Of a DNA stretch of 64,000 nucleotides, positions 40,589 through 51,038 are shown piece after piece (the stretch's first letter is position 1; the number at the start of each line of letters is the position of its first letter). This stretch comes from Candidatus Kapaibacterium sp. GTDB taxonomy: Bacteria > Bacteroidota > Ignavibacteria > Kapaibacteriales > UBA2268. The stretch covers positions 4,512,001-4,576,000 of the forward strand of contig OY762428.1 of the NCBI GenBank assembly GCA_963665665.1, written 5' to 3'. Below the pieces are notes generated by a model. That model was given only the letters and a program-made list of their open reading frames with translations, made no database searches and was not told the DNA's origin. The position numbers and the translations under genes are program-made.

Positions 40589-41776
40589 TTCATTGTTTTT
40601 ATGAATACAACAAACATTTATATATTTTATGAAGTTATCAAAATATTTTCATTCCGGGAATACGGATAATGTGGGAAAATCCGTTCTGCCCGATTTGTTG
40701 AAGGAATATCAGCAACGCAGTTTTTTAGAACAGATGAAAGCTTTGTTCATTTATAAGGTGAATATAGCTATGATTTTTGTTCTGTTTGTAACAACGGTTA
40801 TTACTGCAATTACTCAATTAATGTTCGAAGAAGGGATAAATCCTATGACTATCGGATTGGAACTTTTTCTAACAGCATTCCTTATCTACTCATTAAGAAT
40901 TTTAAAAAGCGGAAAATTATACATTACAATTCATTCAATAATGCTTAGTAGTTTTGCAACTGTCTGGCTTGTAATATTTAGTGATACCGGAAGTGTCCTG
41001 GCCAAATTCAATACAATAGTATTTGCATTCGGGATACTTGCTATGGCTCCGTTGCTATCTGGCAGGATCAGATATATTATCGAATACTCGCTGGGAAATA
41101 TTATTTTATTGTCGTTTTTAATACTTTATTCCGTAAAGAATAATGTGATTGGCGTAAGCGATTCTATCGAATTATTTATTGATATTTCAGTTTCATTCAT
41201 TTTCCTTGCAACTGTATCTTATAATTCGTTTCTAATTTATCGAAAGTCTTTCAATAGAAGTGAAGAAGCCCTGAAAAAAACAAAGGAATCAGAGGCAAAT
41301 GTACGGAAACTTAACGAAAAGCTTGAAGACAAAGTCCGTGAAAGAACACTTGAATTGAATAATGCTTTGGAAAACCTTGAAGAATCAAATCTTGAATTAA
41401 AGGAATTAAATGAAGATATTGCAAGGGAAGCAGATAAACTTGTAATCCTGAATGACAAGCTGACTGATTCGGAAATGAAATTGAAAGAAGCGAATGAAAC
41501 CAAGGATAAATTCTTTTCGATAATTGCTCATGACTTGCGAAACCCGGTGGGTGGTATCAGAAATATGCTTGAAATACTTAAAAACAATGGCGGCCAGCTT
41601 GGAGAAGATGAAATGAAGCAGATAATTGATATCACCTATTCCGCTTCCGTCCGGACATCCCAACTACTGGAAAATCTTTTGGAGTGGGCAAGCATTCAGA
41701 AAGGTAAAATTGATTACCTACCGATGATGTATTCCCTGTATGATACTGTTAATAATGCAATTCAGGATGTTAAAGT
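39578..41776 (+). repeat. Near-identical ~584-bp direct repeat (39578-40161 vs 41193-41776)
   Basis: Constant 1615-bp offset with only scattered substitutions; the flanks are clearly diverged. Confidence 0.9.
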
Positions 41777-42206
41777 TTGTGCGGATAAAAAGAATATCTC
41801 GATCAATCACAATGTGGACAAGTCTCAGGTATTGTTTTTTGATAAAAATTTAATGAATACAATAATTAGGAATTTACTATCTAACGCAGTAAAGTATTCC
41901 CCCGAGAATAGCTCTATAAAACTTAATACGGCAAGACTAAAGGACGATCTTCATAATACTGATTGGGTGCAAGTTTCTGTGGTTGACAAAGGAGTGGGAA
42001 TGGAAGACGAGGTCTTGGACAACTTGTTCAAAGTTGATAAAGTAAAATCTGTTCCCGGAACAAATAAAGAAAAAGGTACCGGATTAGGATTGATTTTATG
42101 CAAGGAATTTGTTGAAAAGCACGGGGGCAAAATCTGGGCGGAAAGCCGATTGGGAGAAGGCAGTACATTCTATTTTACAATTCCGAATATTGAAAGTAAT
42201 AATTAA
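40629..42206 (+). CDS. Membrane-bound sensor histidine kinase, paralogue B
   Basis: Same architecture as 39017-40588; the central region is nearly identical. Confidence 0.92.
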   Translation: MKLSKYFHSGNTDNVGKSVLPDLLKEYQQRSFLEQMKALFIYKVNIAMIFVLFVTTVITAITQLMFEEGINPMTIGLELFLTAFLIYSLRILKSGKLYITIHSIMLSSFATVWLVIFSDTGSVLAKFNTIVFAFGILAMAPLLSGRIRYIIEYSLGNIILLSFLILYSVKNNVIGVSDSIELFIDISVSFIFLATVSYNSFLIYRKSFNRSEEALKKTKESEANVRKLNEKLEDKVRERTLELNNALENLEESNLELKELNEDIAREADKLVILNDKLTDSEMKLKEANETKDKFFSIIAHDLRNPVGGIRNMLEILKNNGGQLGEDEMKQIIDITYSASVRTSQLLENLLEWASIQKGKIDYLPMMYSLYDTVNNAIQDVKVCADKKNISINHNVDKSQVLFFDKNLMNTIIRNLLSNAVKYSPENSSIKLNTARLKDDLHNTDWVQVSVVDKGVGMEDEVLDNLFKVDKVKSVPGTNKEKGTGLGLILCKEFVEKHGGKIWAESRLGEGSTFYFTIPNIESNN

Positions 42207-42272
42207 AATTTCATACTATTGTTTCTTTTTTTATATTTAAGAAAATTTGAATAAACAAATTCCGGAGCTTTT

Positions 42273-45032
42273 ATGAATAAAGCTTACATTAGTATTGCAA
42301 TATTATTCTTATTTACTTCATTTTATTTAGCATCTTCTCAGGATCCGGCTGTTGTAGGGATTCTGCCGACCCAGGTTAACAAGCCTGATAATTATAAGAT
42401 AAAACTAATATTGAATAATTACGGAGATGAGACAGTATCGGTTCCGGGGTTAGTACCAATTGGATTTGAATGGTCTGTTTTCGATGGTAATAATCTGTCA
42501 TTTGATTATGATCATCATGTTACATACCACGAAGCAATAGAGTTTAAATCTAACGGTACAACCGAAGTTACTATTGGGGAGCATTTTCTTGATACGGGTA
42601 AAACCTATACAATTCTTGCAAGATTAGAGTTTGAAGATAATTCAAATAAAGGAAATGACTGGTTTGTTCAGTATGTGAATGGAAAACCAACTGATGCCGG
42701 AGTTTATATCATTGACTCGCCCTCACCGGCATCATCCAATCCTGGCGGAGAACCGATATATGTTACGGTTAAGAACTATGGTTTTAACAAAATTGATAAT
42801 ATGTATATTCGTTGGCTTAATCAAGATGCTTCACAATCAGCACTGTTTTCTCCTGCCGATACTTTCAGGCATGACACAGTGGCTAAATTTGGCTATTGGA
42901 GTTATAACTATTTTCGCTTTGATACACCGATTAACCCCGGAGAAATCAGGCAGATAAAAGTGTCAGACAATTGTTCGCATCTTTCCGATGTTTTGCTCTG
43001 TGCCAATTATCATCCTAATGGTATCCCGGATAATCAGGCCGACGACACATGCCGTGCTTATTTTGGGCCTGTAAATAACGGGAAAATGGAATTACTTGGC
43101 AAATATTCTGTTGGAAACGACAGCAATATTGTTTCCCAATTTGAAACTCCTATTGATGTTATTAATCATCTGAAAAAATCCGGTTTTTCCGGGGAGGATG
43201 TTTATGGAGTATCCGGAGCTACTTTTTATATCAGGCCCGGCAAATATCCCGGATCATGGGATTTTGATGGTATGTTTAATAATCAGGATAGCAAAAATAC
43301 TCTAAGTTTCACTTCATTCGACAGAGATCTGAAGAATTACTTTATTTATGCTGATAAAGATTATGGTATCCGTATAAAAGATATGAAGTATTTGTCTGTG
43401 GCCGGTATGAACTTTTACTGTGATACTGCTAAAAATGCTGTTGTATTGAATAATGTAAAATTTATTGAACTTGTAAGAAACAACTTTTTTGCTAATAATC
43501 AGAGCCTGACAGGCGAAGAATATGCTGCTATACTTAACACTGGAAGGGTTGATTCTACGAATATTCTGAACTGCAATATACTAAACGGTTCATACGGTGT
43601 ATTGTACAAGGGCAATAAGGATAAGACATTTGATTTTATCAGTATATCACACTGTTATTTCATGAGACAGAGCAATGCAGCCATATCTTTGGAATATTGC
43701 AACAGCCCGTTATTAACCCACAACATGATACCTGACAACAGGATTGAGGTTTTGAACTGTCCCGCTCCGGCAATTTTGAAAAACAACTTGAAAATAAATG
43801 ATAATATTGATTTCAAAGGAAAAGCTTATCCTGACGGAGGCCCTTATTCAGCTATTGGATTATTCAACTGCGAAGGAATAGGTTCAATAATTAATAATTA
43901 TATTTGTACTAACGTTGGCAATTTTGACGGTATGCATATTATTGCCTGTATTAATGATAAAGGCAATGAATACAACAATAATACAATCATTAATAAATGT
44001 AATATTTCCTCTGATAATATTGCTGTCAGAATAGAAGGATCGAAGAATATTCAATTCAATAAAACTTCATTACGTTCAAAATCAGCTGATTCTGACAAAC
44101 CTGCATTGTTTGTTGATGCAAATTCATCTTCAATAAAGTTCACCCGTTCTTTGTTTGCCAATACCAACGGTGGCCTGGCATTAGATTTCAAAAATAAAAG
44201 CTCCCTGGAAATTGATGTCAGGAATAATTACTATTCAACAGGAAGCTTCGCTAATATTTCCGGTAAATTTATAAGTGAACAGTCAGGATGGGAATCGGAA
44301 TACAGCTTTTCAGTCCGTCCGGAATTTGACGACCCTCAGCTTAGCGATGACTGCACGTTAATTCCCGGGAACACAGATATCAAAAATGGAGCATATCATG
44401 AAATATCAGTTGTTAATGCTCCAAACGGAACCAATCCGGCGCACCAGTCTGTTGATAATTCCAGCAACACTTTCCTTGAATGGGAATCAGATGAAGAGTA
44501 TGAATTCTGGATACAAATGAGTGAAAGCCCGGAATTTCCTCCGGTTAGAAAACCGGGAGATATATCGCTCAGCCAATATAATATTGTGATTGAAAAATGG
44601 GGAGTAAGCGGGAATAGTGTGCAGGTAAGCAACCTTGAAAACAAAAAATACTACTGGCGCGTCCGCGTTTGGGATTCGCTCAATATCAGTGACTGGTCAG
44701 ATGTTTATGAATTTAGCGTAAACGATCCTACAGATATTCCGGAACTGACAGTCCGTCCCAAAGGTATAATAAACCTTATTCCTCATCCCGCCGGATTGAA
44801 TTCATATCTGAGCCTAAATCTTGACAAAAGTTATAGCGCTATTGAAATATCATTGTTTTCGAATAACGGGGAAATTATCAATTCCGCAGTTATAAATAAT
44901 TCGGGGGGGAGTAATATTCAAGTTCCACTGAAAAATATTTTACCGATTAATTCTCCTTCCGGAACATATCATGTAACAATACGCTGCGGTAATTCGTTAT
45001 ACAGGGGAAGTTTTGTTTATTTGAAAGATTAA
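42273..45032 (+). CDS. Large secreted protein: CARDB/Ig-like, parallel beta-helix, FN3-like and T9SS-like CTD
   Basis: Signal peptide, VTVKNYG, IRPGKY, Asn-rich beta-helix, YYWRVR...SDWS, and C-terminal PHP...SGTY.V.I. Confidence 0.7.
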   Translation: MNKAYISIAILFLFTSFYLASSQDPAVVGILPTQVNKPDNYKIKLILNNYGDETVSVPGLVPIGFEWSVFDGNNLSFDYDHHVTYHEAIEFKSNGTTEVTIGEHFLDTGKTYTILARLEFEDNSNKGNDWFVQYVNGKPTDAGVYIIDSPSPASSNPGGEPIYVTVKNYGFNKIDNMYIRWLNQDASQSALFSPADTFRHDTVAKFGYWSYNYFRFDTPINPGEIRQIKVSDNCSHLSDVLLCANYHPNGIPDNQADDTCRAYFGPVNNGKMELLGKYSVGNDSNIVSQFETPIDVINHLKKSGFSGEDVYGVSGATFYIRPGKYPGSWDFDGMFNNQDSKNTLSFTSFDRDLKNYFIYADKDYGIRIKDMKYLSVAGMNFYCDTAKNAVVLNNVKFIELVRNNFFANNQSLTGEEYAAILNTGRVDSTNILNCNILNGSYGVLYKGNKDKTFDFISISHCYFMRQSNAAISLEYCNSPLLTHNMIPDNRIEVLNCPAPAILKNNLKINDNIDFKGKAYPDGGPYSAIGLFNCEGIGSIINNYICTNVGNFDGMHIIACINDKGNEYNNNTIINKCNISSDNIAVRIEGSKNIQFNKTSLRSKSADSDKPALFVDANSSSIKFTRSLFANTNGGLALDFKNKSSLEIDVRNNYYSTGSFANISGKFISEQSGWESEYSFSVRPEFDDPQLSDDCTLIPGNTDIKNGAYHEISVVNAPNGTNPAHQSVDNSSNTFLEWESDEEYEFWIQMSESPEFPPVRKPGDISLSQYNIVIEKWGVSGNSVQVSNLENKKYYWRVRVWDSLNISDWSDVYEFSVNDPTDIPELTVRPKGIINLIPHPAGLNSYLSLNLDKSYSAIEISLFSNNGEIINSAVINNSGGSNIQVPLKNILPINSPSGTYHVTIRCGNSLYRGSFVYLKD

Positions 45033-45035
45033 AAT

Positions 45036-45515
45036 ATGCCTGATTGGATATTATTTGTTGCGGGAGCAGTTCTGATAATCAGCGGTATTATCGGCTGCTT
45101 CCTTCCCGGGCTGCCCGGGCCACCGCTTGCCTATCTCGGTGTTATAGCATTCCATTTCAGTATTCTGGAACCATTTTCTGTTACAACGCTGATTATTTAT
45201 GGCATACTAATAGCCGGAATTACCCTGCTTGATTACTTCGTCCCTTCGCTCGGAGCAAAATTCTCAGGAGGTACAAAATACGGCAGTCGCGGCGCAATGC
45301 TCGGGATTATTGGAACACTGTTCATACCCGGCGTTGGAATTTTTCTCGGGCCTTTTCTTGGGGCTGTTCTCGGTGAATTAATAGGCGGTATGAAATTTAA
45401 GGAAGCCCTGAAATCCGGATTAGGCGCTTTCCTGGGACTATTGGGCGGAAGTATAATCAAATTCCTTTTCTGTATATACATGACTATACACATGATAATA
45501 AGTATGCTGGCTTAA
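45036..45515 (+). CDS. DUF456-family membrane protein
   Basis: GC.LP.LPG.PL, DY......K..GG.K.G, GPFLGA.LGE. Confidence 0.85.
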   Translation: MPDWILFVAGAVLIISGIIGCFLPGLPGPPLAYLGVIAFHFSILEPFSVTTLIIYGILIAGITLLDYFVPSLGAKFSGGTKYGSRGAMLGIIGTLFIPGVGIFLGPFLGAVLGELIGGMKFKEALKSGLGAFLGLLGGSIIKFLFCIYMTIHMIISMLA

Positions 45516-45641
45516 GTGTATCTAATTAATTTGATGATTTCATCTTCAAAAATATTATCAATTAATGATACTCCCCAAAAAACAACTTTCGTAAATAATT
45601 GTTTAATTTTATAAGATATAATTCTTTAAAATATTTTATCA

Positions 45642-46619
45642 CTACCCGAACAAACTTTGTTGCATCCCGGGGCTATTCTTATCAGACAATTTTTCGGATT
45701 CTTTGTTCTCATCCTCGCCTGTTGATCTCGGCAATTCAACAATGTACCCGAGCAAATCAACAGCTGCGGCTCCTTTTTCAATAAGAAGACTATTTGCGTT
45801 ATTTTCGCCGGGTTTGGGATTGCGAACATATATAATACGGCCTTTTCGCAGCCCGTCAATAACGCCAGACCAGGTTCCGCCTTTGTCAGAAGATTCTGCC
45901 ACAAATATTTCATCTGCCAAACCGTAAATAATAGGGTTTCTTGCCATGGCAAGCTGTACGCTCCATGGAGCATTCGGGAAAAAAGTACTCAGAACAAGAA
46001 CGTCTCCATTAATAATTTGTTTGTAATATTTCTTAAAACCGCTTGAAAATGTTGCAATCCCTTGCGGCAGCACTATTATGCTTTGCCCGGAATATGACAA
46101 AGCCGAATCCAAAGCCTGCCTGTCAACTCCTTTAGCAAATCCACTTACAACTACCTTAAAATTCCCGGAGGCCCCCTTTGCAATATTGTCAGTAAAATCA
46201 AGTGCAATTTGTGTAGCTTTCCTCGAACCGACAATAGCGATGGATTTTTCCTTTAATAATTTGCTATTTCCTTTAATATACACAACAGCAGGAGAGTATT
46301 TCATTTTTAAATTCTTCTTTATATTAGCAGGGTATAAAGTGCTGGTAATAGGAATTATTTCATATCCCTGGTTTAACAGGTTTTCCACAACAAATGAATA
46401 ATTTGGAATTTCTTTTTGAGCTTCAGATAACATATAAGTTTCTTCACTTGTAACTTCCAGTTTCCTCAATTCTTCGCTGCCCGGATAGTTAAAAACCAGG
46501 CTGATATCAAAATTATGTTCTACAAGTTTTGCAATTATCTGGTTCTTTCTGCAATTTCTTATTCCGGAAACATGAGCAAAAGCAGCCCAGTAAACAAGTT
46601 CATTCATTGATTTCATCAT
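45642..46619 (-). CDS. dprA: DprA/Smf-family DNA-processing protein
   Basis: YP..., IAIVGSR, VVSGFAKGVD, AMARN.II.GLA, GGTW.G. Start overlaps the RecQ stop (ATGA). Confidence 0.85.
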   Translation of the reverse strand: MMKSMNELVYWAAFAHVSGIRNCRKNQIIAKLVEHNFDISLVFNYPGSEELRKLEVTSEETYMLSEAQKEIPNYSFVVENLLNQGYEIIPITSTLYPANIKKNLKMKYSPAVVYIKGNSKLLKEKSIAIVGSRKATQIALDFTDNIAKGASGNFKVVVSGFAKGVDRQALDSALSYSGQSIIVLPQGIATFSSGFKKYYKQIINGDVLVLSTFFPNAPWSVQLAMARNPIIYGLADEIFVAESSDKGGTWSGVIDGLRKGRIIYVRNPKPGENNANSLLIEKGAAAVDLLGYIVELPRSTGEDENKESEKLSDKNSPGMQQSLFG

Positions 46620-48661
46620 AAAATATCACCGCCGGATGTTTTAGCAATACAAACCGGAGCTACATTTTTTGCCCCGCAGCTATAAAGCAATTTAACAATT
46701 TCTTTAATGGTAGCGCCACTATCATAAATATCGTCGATTAAAATTATATTTCTACTTTGAACAGCTAACTCATTAGAAAGATAAAAGGCTCCGTTTACAT
46801 TTTCTTTCTTTAAGGCGCTGTTTCTGAATTCCCTTTGCGTTTTCGAATTCTTTATTTTCTTCAGTTCATGCGATAATTGAATATTAAAATGCTTTGCAAT
46901 TTTCCGGGCAAAATTTTGAACCAAATTTCCTGATATTGTTGATGGTACATATAATATTATATCGGGTTTCAATTCCTGATATTTATACTCTATCATAGCA
47001 ATAACCTTATTGAGCAGGAAATCAGGAAAATCCCCGCCGTTTTCATATTTACATCTATGTATTGCTTCGCCAACACGCGACACACCATAATACGATGCTG
47101 CATAGCCAATAATATCTTCTTTATTGATCTTTCCGCATGGCAGTTCGGGATAATCCTGTTCCCGGAATGTTTTCAGCTTTTCCAGTAATTCCGGATTTTC
47201 TTCAACCTTTCTGACTCCGTGTCGGGAATTATCGCAGTTTTTGAAAATATAATTTTCATCTATACTATCCCCGAGGTATTCGCATAGAAACTTGAATCTC
47301 GGCTGCGTGGTATTTACATAGTCAAGCATTGAATCAAGTTCTTTCAGCTTAGTATTTCTTAATTGCCCAAATTCCTTTGTGTTCAGTTCAGGAGCGTTAT
47401 ACCTGTATTCATACTTCTTCTTCCGGTCGATTATCACCATATTAATAATCTTCTGGTTTACCAGGTCGGCTTTAATTGTTCTTACTTCCCCGGCTTTCAG
47501 GTTGCAAATTTTTATAATATCCCTTTCACCGAGAATATCGTTTTTTATCACTTTAAGAACTCTATTATATTTATCAATTGATGGCCGGGCGTTATCAATA
47601 AAGGATTTTGGCAGTTTATAATCCTCTTCAGTCCCGTTACTGTCCTTTGAACAATTATAAAACAGAATAATAAAAGCCTGTTTGCCGTCACGGCCAGCCC
47701 TTCCAATTTCCTGGTAATAATGGACTGGCGAAGCCGGAATCTGTGTGTGGATAATAAACCTGATGTCCGGCTTGTCAATTCCCATACCGAGAGCATTTGT
47801 AGCCACAACAGTTTTCCACCTGTTTTTCATAAATCCGGTTTCAACCTCTATCCTGTTTTCCGCATCAAGTCCGGCGCTGTATTCCTTGGCGCTTATTCCG
47901 CAATAGTTCAGCCATTTGCTGTATAGCTTGGTATTTTGTCTTGTTCCCGTATAAATTATTCCAGTACCCGGCATATTTTTCAGATTTTCGGCAAGCCAGA
48001 TATATTTTTCTTCCTCGGAACTGGTTTTAATAACGAACAGATGCAGGTTGTCTCTTAGAAGATTGCCGCGGATTGTAAGCAAATTTCCCCGAATCTGTTT
48101 TTCAATATCCTTCTGGACTCTTCGTGTGGCTGTAGCAGTAATGGCAAGAACAGGCATATTCTCGGGCTGTAAATTAACGATATCCACTATTCTTTGGAAA
48201 GCCGGACGAAAATCATGCCCCCATACCGAAATAGTATGCGCCTCGTCCACAACTATCATAGATATCAATATTCTCCGGCTTGCTTCCATCCATTCCATAT
48301 TTTCCTGGCGTTCCGGGGCAATGTACAATATTTTCAGCCTGCCTTCGATAGCATCGCTCAGAACCTGCTTGTTTTCCTCGACAGTTTGTTCCGAATTAAT
48401 TATCCCGGCAGCAATTCCCAATCTGTCCAGAGACTTTATCTGGTCGCGCATTAAAGCAATTAACGGAGAAAAAACTATGGTTACCCCGGGCAATTGTGTT
48501 GCCGGAAACTGGAAACACAATGATTTGCCAAACCCGGTTTTTTCGATAAGCAACACTCTTCTTCCATTGAAAAGCTGTTCAATAGTTTTCCACTGGTTGT
48601 CGTAAAAGGAATCAAACCCAAAAACAGACTTTAATTTCATTTCTGCATCGTGTCTCTTCAT
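46616..48661 (-). CDS. RecQ-family helicase fused to a C-terminal ComF-like phosphoribosyltransferase domain
   Basis: TGFGKSLCFQ, SPLIALMRDQ, VDEAH, WGHDFRP, ATNALGMGIDK, YQEIGRAGRDG; PRPP-binding ILIDDIYDSGATI. Start ATG 48661 has AAGGTG upstream. Confidence 0.88.
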   Translation of the reverse strand: MKRHDAEMKLKSVFGFDSFYDNQWKTIEQLFNGRRVLLIEKTGFGKSLCFQFPATQLPGVTIVFSPLIALMRDQIKSLDRLGIAAGIINSEQTVEENKQVLSDAIEGRLKILYIAPERQENMEWMEASRRILISMIVVDEAHTISVWGHDFRPAFQRIVDIVNLQPENMPVLAITATATRRVQKDIEKQIRGNLLTIRGNLLRDNLHLFVIKTSSEEEKYIWLAENLKNMPGTGIIYTGTRQNTKLYSKWLNYCGISAKEYSAGLDAENRIEVETGFMKNRWKTVVATNALGMGIDKPDIRFIIHTQIPASPVHYYQEIGRAGRDGKQAFIILFYNCSKDSNGTEEDYKLPKSFIDNARPSIDKYNRVLKVIKNDILGERDIIKICNLKAGEVRTIKADLVNQKIINMVIIDRKKKYEYRYNAPELNTKEFGQLRNTKLKELDSMLDYVNTTQPRFKFLCEYLGDSIDENYIFKNCDNSRHGVRKVEENPELLEKLKTFREQDYPELPCGKINKEDIIGYAASYYGVSRVGEAIHRCKYENGGDFPDFLLNKVIAMIEYKYQELKPDIILYVPSTISGNLVQNFARKIAKHFNIQLSHELKKIKNSKTQREFRNSALKKENVNGAFYLSNELAVQSRNIILIDDIYDSGATIKEIVKLLYSCGAKNVAPVCIAKTSGGDIL

Positions 48662-48692
48662 AACGCACCTTAATGAATAATAAAATAAATCA

Positions 48693-49196
48693 TTACCTGA
48701 AAACAGTGAACAGCGAACTGGAAGAAGCCATAACTGCACACATAATAACAACGGCGGTAATAATCTGCATATAATTGTGAATATATAAGCCGCAAATAGG
48801 AAGTAGTTCGTTATCGGAATTAACTTCAAAAATTCCTTTTGTCGACCCGCCCCATGAGCTCACTTCAACACCCTTATCGCCGGTGATTTCCCACTTCGTA
48901 TTAAATATGTTCCCGTATTTCCAGTTGTAAATTTTACCCTTGCATTCTATAGTGGCTTTATTTCCCCAGGCTCCGTACTTTATTCTACCAATGAGTTTCA
49001 TGGATTTCATATCCATTATTTCTGTTTCCTGCCTGATAAAACCTTTTGTTGAAAAACGGTAGTTGTGATTGTTCCAGGAAGCTTCTGCCGTACTTGAGAA
49101 TGCTTTGTTAGTCAGTTTGCCCGCAATCCCCATTTGTCCGTAAATTTCATACGTGCTGCTGAAAAATCCTTTTCTCCAGTTGTAATTCGAGATCAT
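48693..49196 (-). CDS. Hypothetical protein (LURP/Tubby-C-like beta barrel with hydrophobic C-terminal helix)
   Basis: Repeated 'KGFFSSTYEI/KGFIRQETEI/GNIFNTKWEI' strands and a C-terminal hydrophobic helix; the fold is an inference. Confidence 0.55.
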   Translation of the reverse strand: MISNYNWRKGFFSSTYEIYGQMGIAGKLTNKAFSSTAEASWNNHNYRFSTKGFIRQETEIMDMKSMKLIGRIKYGAWGNKATIECKGKIYNWKYGNIFNTKWEITGDKGVEVSSWGGSTKGIFEVNSDNELLPICGLYIHNYMQIITAVVIMCAVMASSSSLFTVFR

Positions 49197-49553
49197 AACC
49201 CTGCCCTATTTGTTTATGATTTATAAAATTAACATTTATAAATGAAAATTCAAATGATAAATATCAGGAAATCAAATCTGTGCTTCAGGCATTGAATATC
49301 AGAATAGATACAATTCTACGTTCAGAATAACTGCTTTTTTAAGCTATTTATCAACCACAGAAAATAAATTGAGAAATCCTTACCACAATTTACGTAGGTT
49401 TACTAAGATTCTGATGAGCAGTTTAATACAGGCCGGGAATGATATTTTTTCATTTTATATCCCACATATTATCCGTTATAAAATCATTTGTATATAAACC
49501 TGTATCATCTTAATTTTGAATTAGTTTTGTAAACAATAAAGCAATGGTGAGAT

Positions 49554-50099
49554 ATGAAATTAGAGCATGGATATAATGGCAGTATAATTACTTTTAAGGG
49601 AATAACACCAAAAATACATTCGTCGGCATTTATTTGCGAAGGAGCCAGAATTATCGGTGATGTGGAAATTGGGGAGGATTGTTCTGTCTGGTACAACACT
49701 GTTATCAGAGGAGATGTACATTATATCAGGATAGGTGACAGGACAAATATCCAGGATATGTCAATGCTGCATGTAACTAACGGGAAATTCCCGCTAAATA
49801 TTGGTAACGACGTTCTTATCGGCCATTCTGTTTCCCTTCACGGCTGTACGCTTAAGGACAAATGTATGATTGGAATCGGCGCGATTATTCTTGACGGCGC
49901 TGTGGTAAATTCCCATTCTCTTGTTGCAGCAGGGGCTCTTGTTCGCGAGGGATTCGAAGTACCTGAAGGTGTGCTTGTGGCAGGAGTGCCGGCTAAAGTG
50001 ATAAGAAAATTGACTGACGCCGAGAAAGATAAAATCGATTATATGGTGAACCACTACGTGGAATATGTACGGGATTACAGGGATGCATTTGCAAAATAG
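49554..50099 (+). CDS. Gamma-carbonic-anhydrase family protein (YrdA/PaaY-like)
   Basis: Hexapeptide repeats, IRGDV, TNIQD..MLH, IGH...LHGC, GVPAKVIR. Confidence 0.9.
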   Translation: MKLEHGYNGSIITFKGITPKIHSSAFICEGARIIGDVEIGEDCSVWYNTVIRGDVHYIRIGDRTNIQDMSMLHVTNGKFPLNIGNDVLIGHSVSLHGCTLKDKCMIGIGAIILDGAVVNSHSLVAAGALVREGFEVPEGVLVAGVPAKVIRKLTDAEKDKIDYMVNHYVEYVRDYRDAFAK

Positions 50100-50138
50100 A
50101 TTGGTGCAAGGTCGGGAAAGAAAAACTATATGAATTTT

Positions 50139-50189
50139 ATGTGGCACACTTTACTTTTACAATATTTAAAATGTATAAGTGTGCCACAT
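50139..50189. terminator. Long hairpin between convergent genes
   Basis: ATGTGGCACACTT...AAGTGTGCCACAT inverted repeat. Confidence 0.55.
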
Positions 50190-50252
50190 TTGAAATGTAG
50201 ATATATTCTTCCCAAAGACATTACAGAATTTGTTTTTGCCATGAGAAAATTA

Positions 50253-51038
50253 TCACTTTAAATATTTCTTATCATGACTAATTATTCTGATGAAAATATT
50301 ATTCTGCTTGTAGAATTCATGGGTAATTCCGCGATATAATGTTAAAATAAGATTATCGCCCTTTGGTATTTTATTATAAATATTAGTCGGAATACGATAA
50401 TAACCGCTGTCATTGATTTCAGTTTCCCAACTAACCGGGAATCCGGGAATATCACTCTCGCTTAAAGATGATGTTAATCTTACTAATGTTTTGATTTGAT
50501 AACCATCTGCCGGTTCCCAAAATATTTCAATTCCTTCATTCTCCGGATTTTGCCAATTTACTGAATCGATAATAACTGCCTTTGGGATATAGAAGCTGCT
50601 GTCCAGGGCCGGCCTGTTACTATAATATTTTTCGATATAAAACCTTGTGTTTTCACCGATCATCCTTGAACTGTCAGGAAAAGTTTCTTCAGGATAATGC
50701 AATTGAAAAAATATTTCATAATATTGATATGTGTTAAGCTTGCTGGGAAACAAATTTCCAACAAAAACATCACCCATATCAACCATTTGATTGTTGTCAT
50801 AACTTCTGTAACCACTGCATGATATTGCTATTGTATATAAAGAAATTCCTTCAAGTTCGGTTTCATAATTATAGTTGAAATAAACTTCAATTTCCGGATC
50901 AATTTCACCTGGCCCATACAGGGTATTGAATATTTCTCCAGTATATTCAGGATCAGATAAATAAACCGGGAGATCATCAACATCACAGGATGTAACAAGG
51001 AATAGTAAAAAAGCCGGAACATACATTAAATATTTCAT
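50253..51038 (-). CDS. Hypothetical lipoprotein
   Basis: Lipobox LVTSC; 261-aa ORF overlapping the upstream stop. Confidence 0.7.
   Translation of the reverse strand: MKYLMYVPAFLLFLVTSCDVDDLPVYLSDPEYTGEIFNTLYGPGEIDPEIEVYFNYNYETELEGISLYTIAISCSGYRSYDNNQMVDMGDVFVGNLFPSKLNTYQYYEIFFQLHYPEETFPDSSRMIGENTRFYIEKYYSNRPALDSSFYIPKAVIIDSVNWQNPENEGIEIFWEPADGYQIKTLVRLTSSLSESDIPGFPVSWETEINDSGYYRIPTNIYNKIPKGDNLILTLYRGITHEFYKQNNIFIRIISHDKKYLK

Noticed and set aside
48662-48829. N-terminal 56-aa extension of RecQ
   Set aside because: It overlaps the upstream CDS 48693-49196; a better ATG with an RBS exists at 48661.
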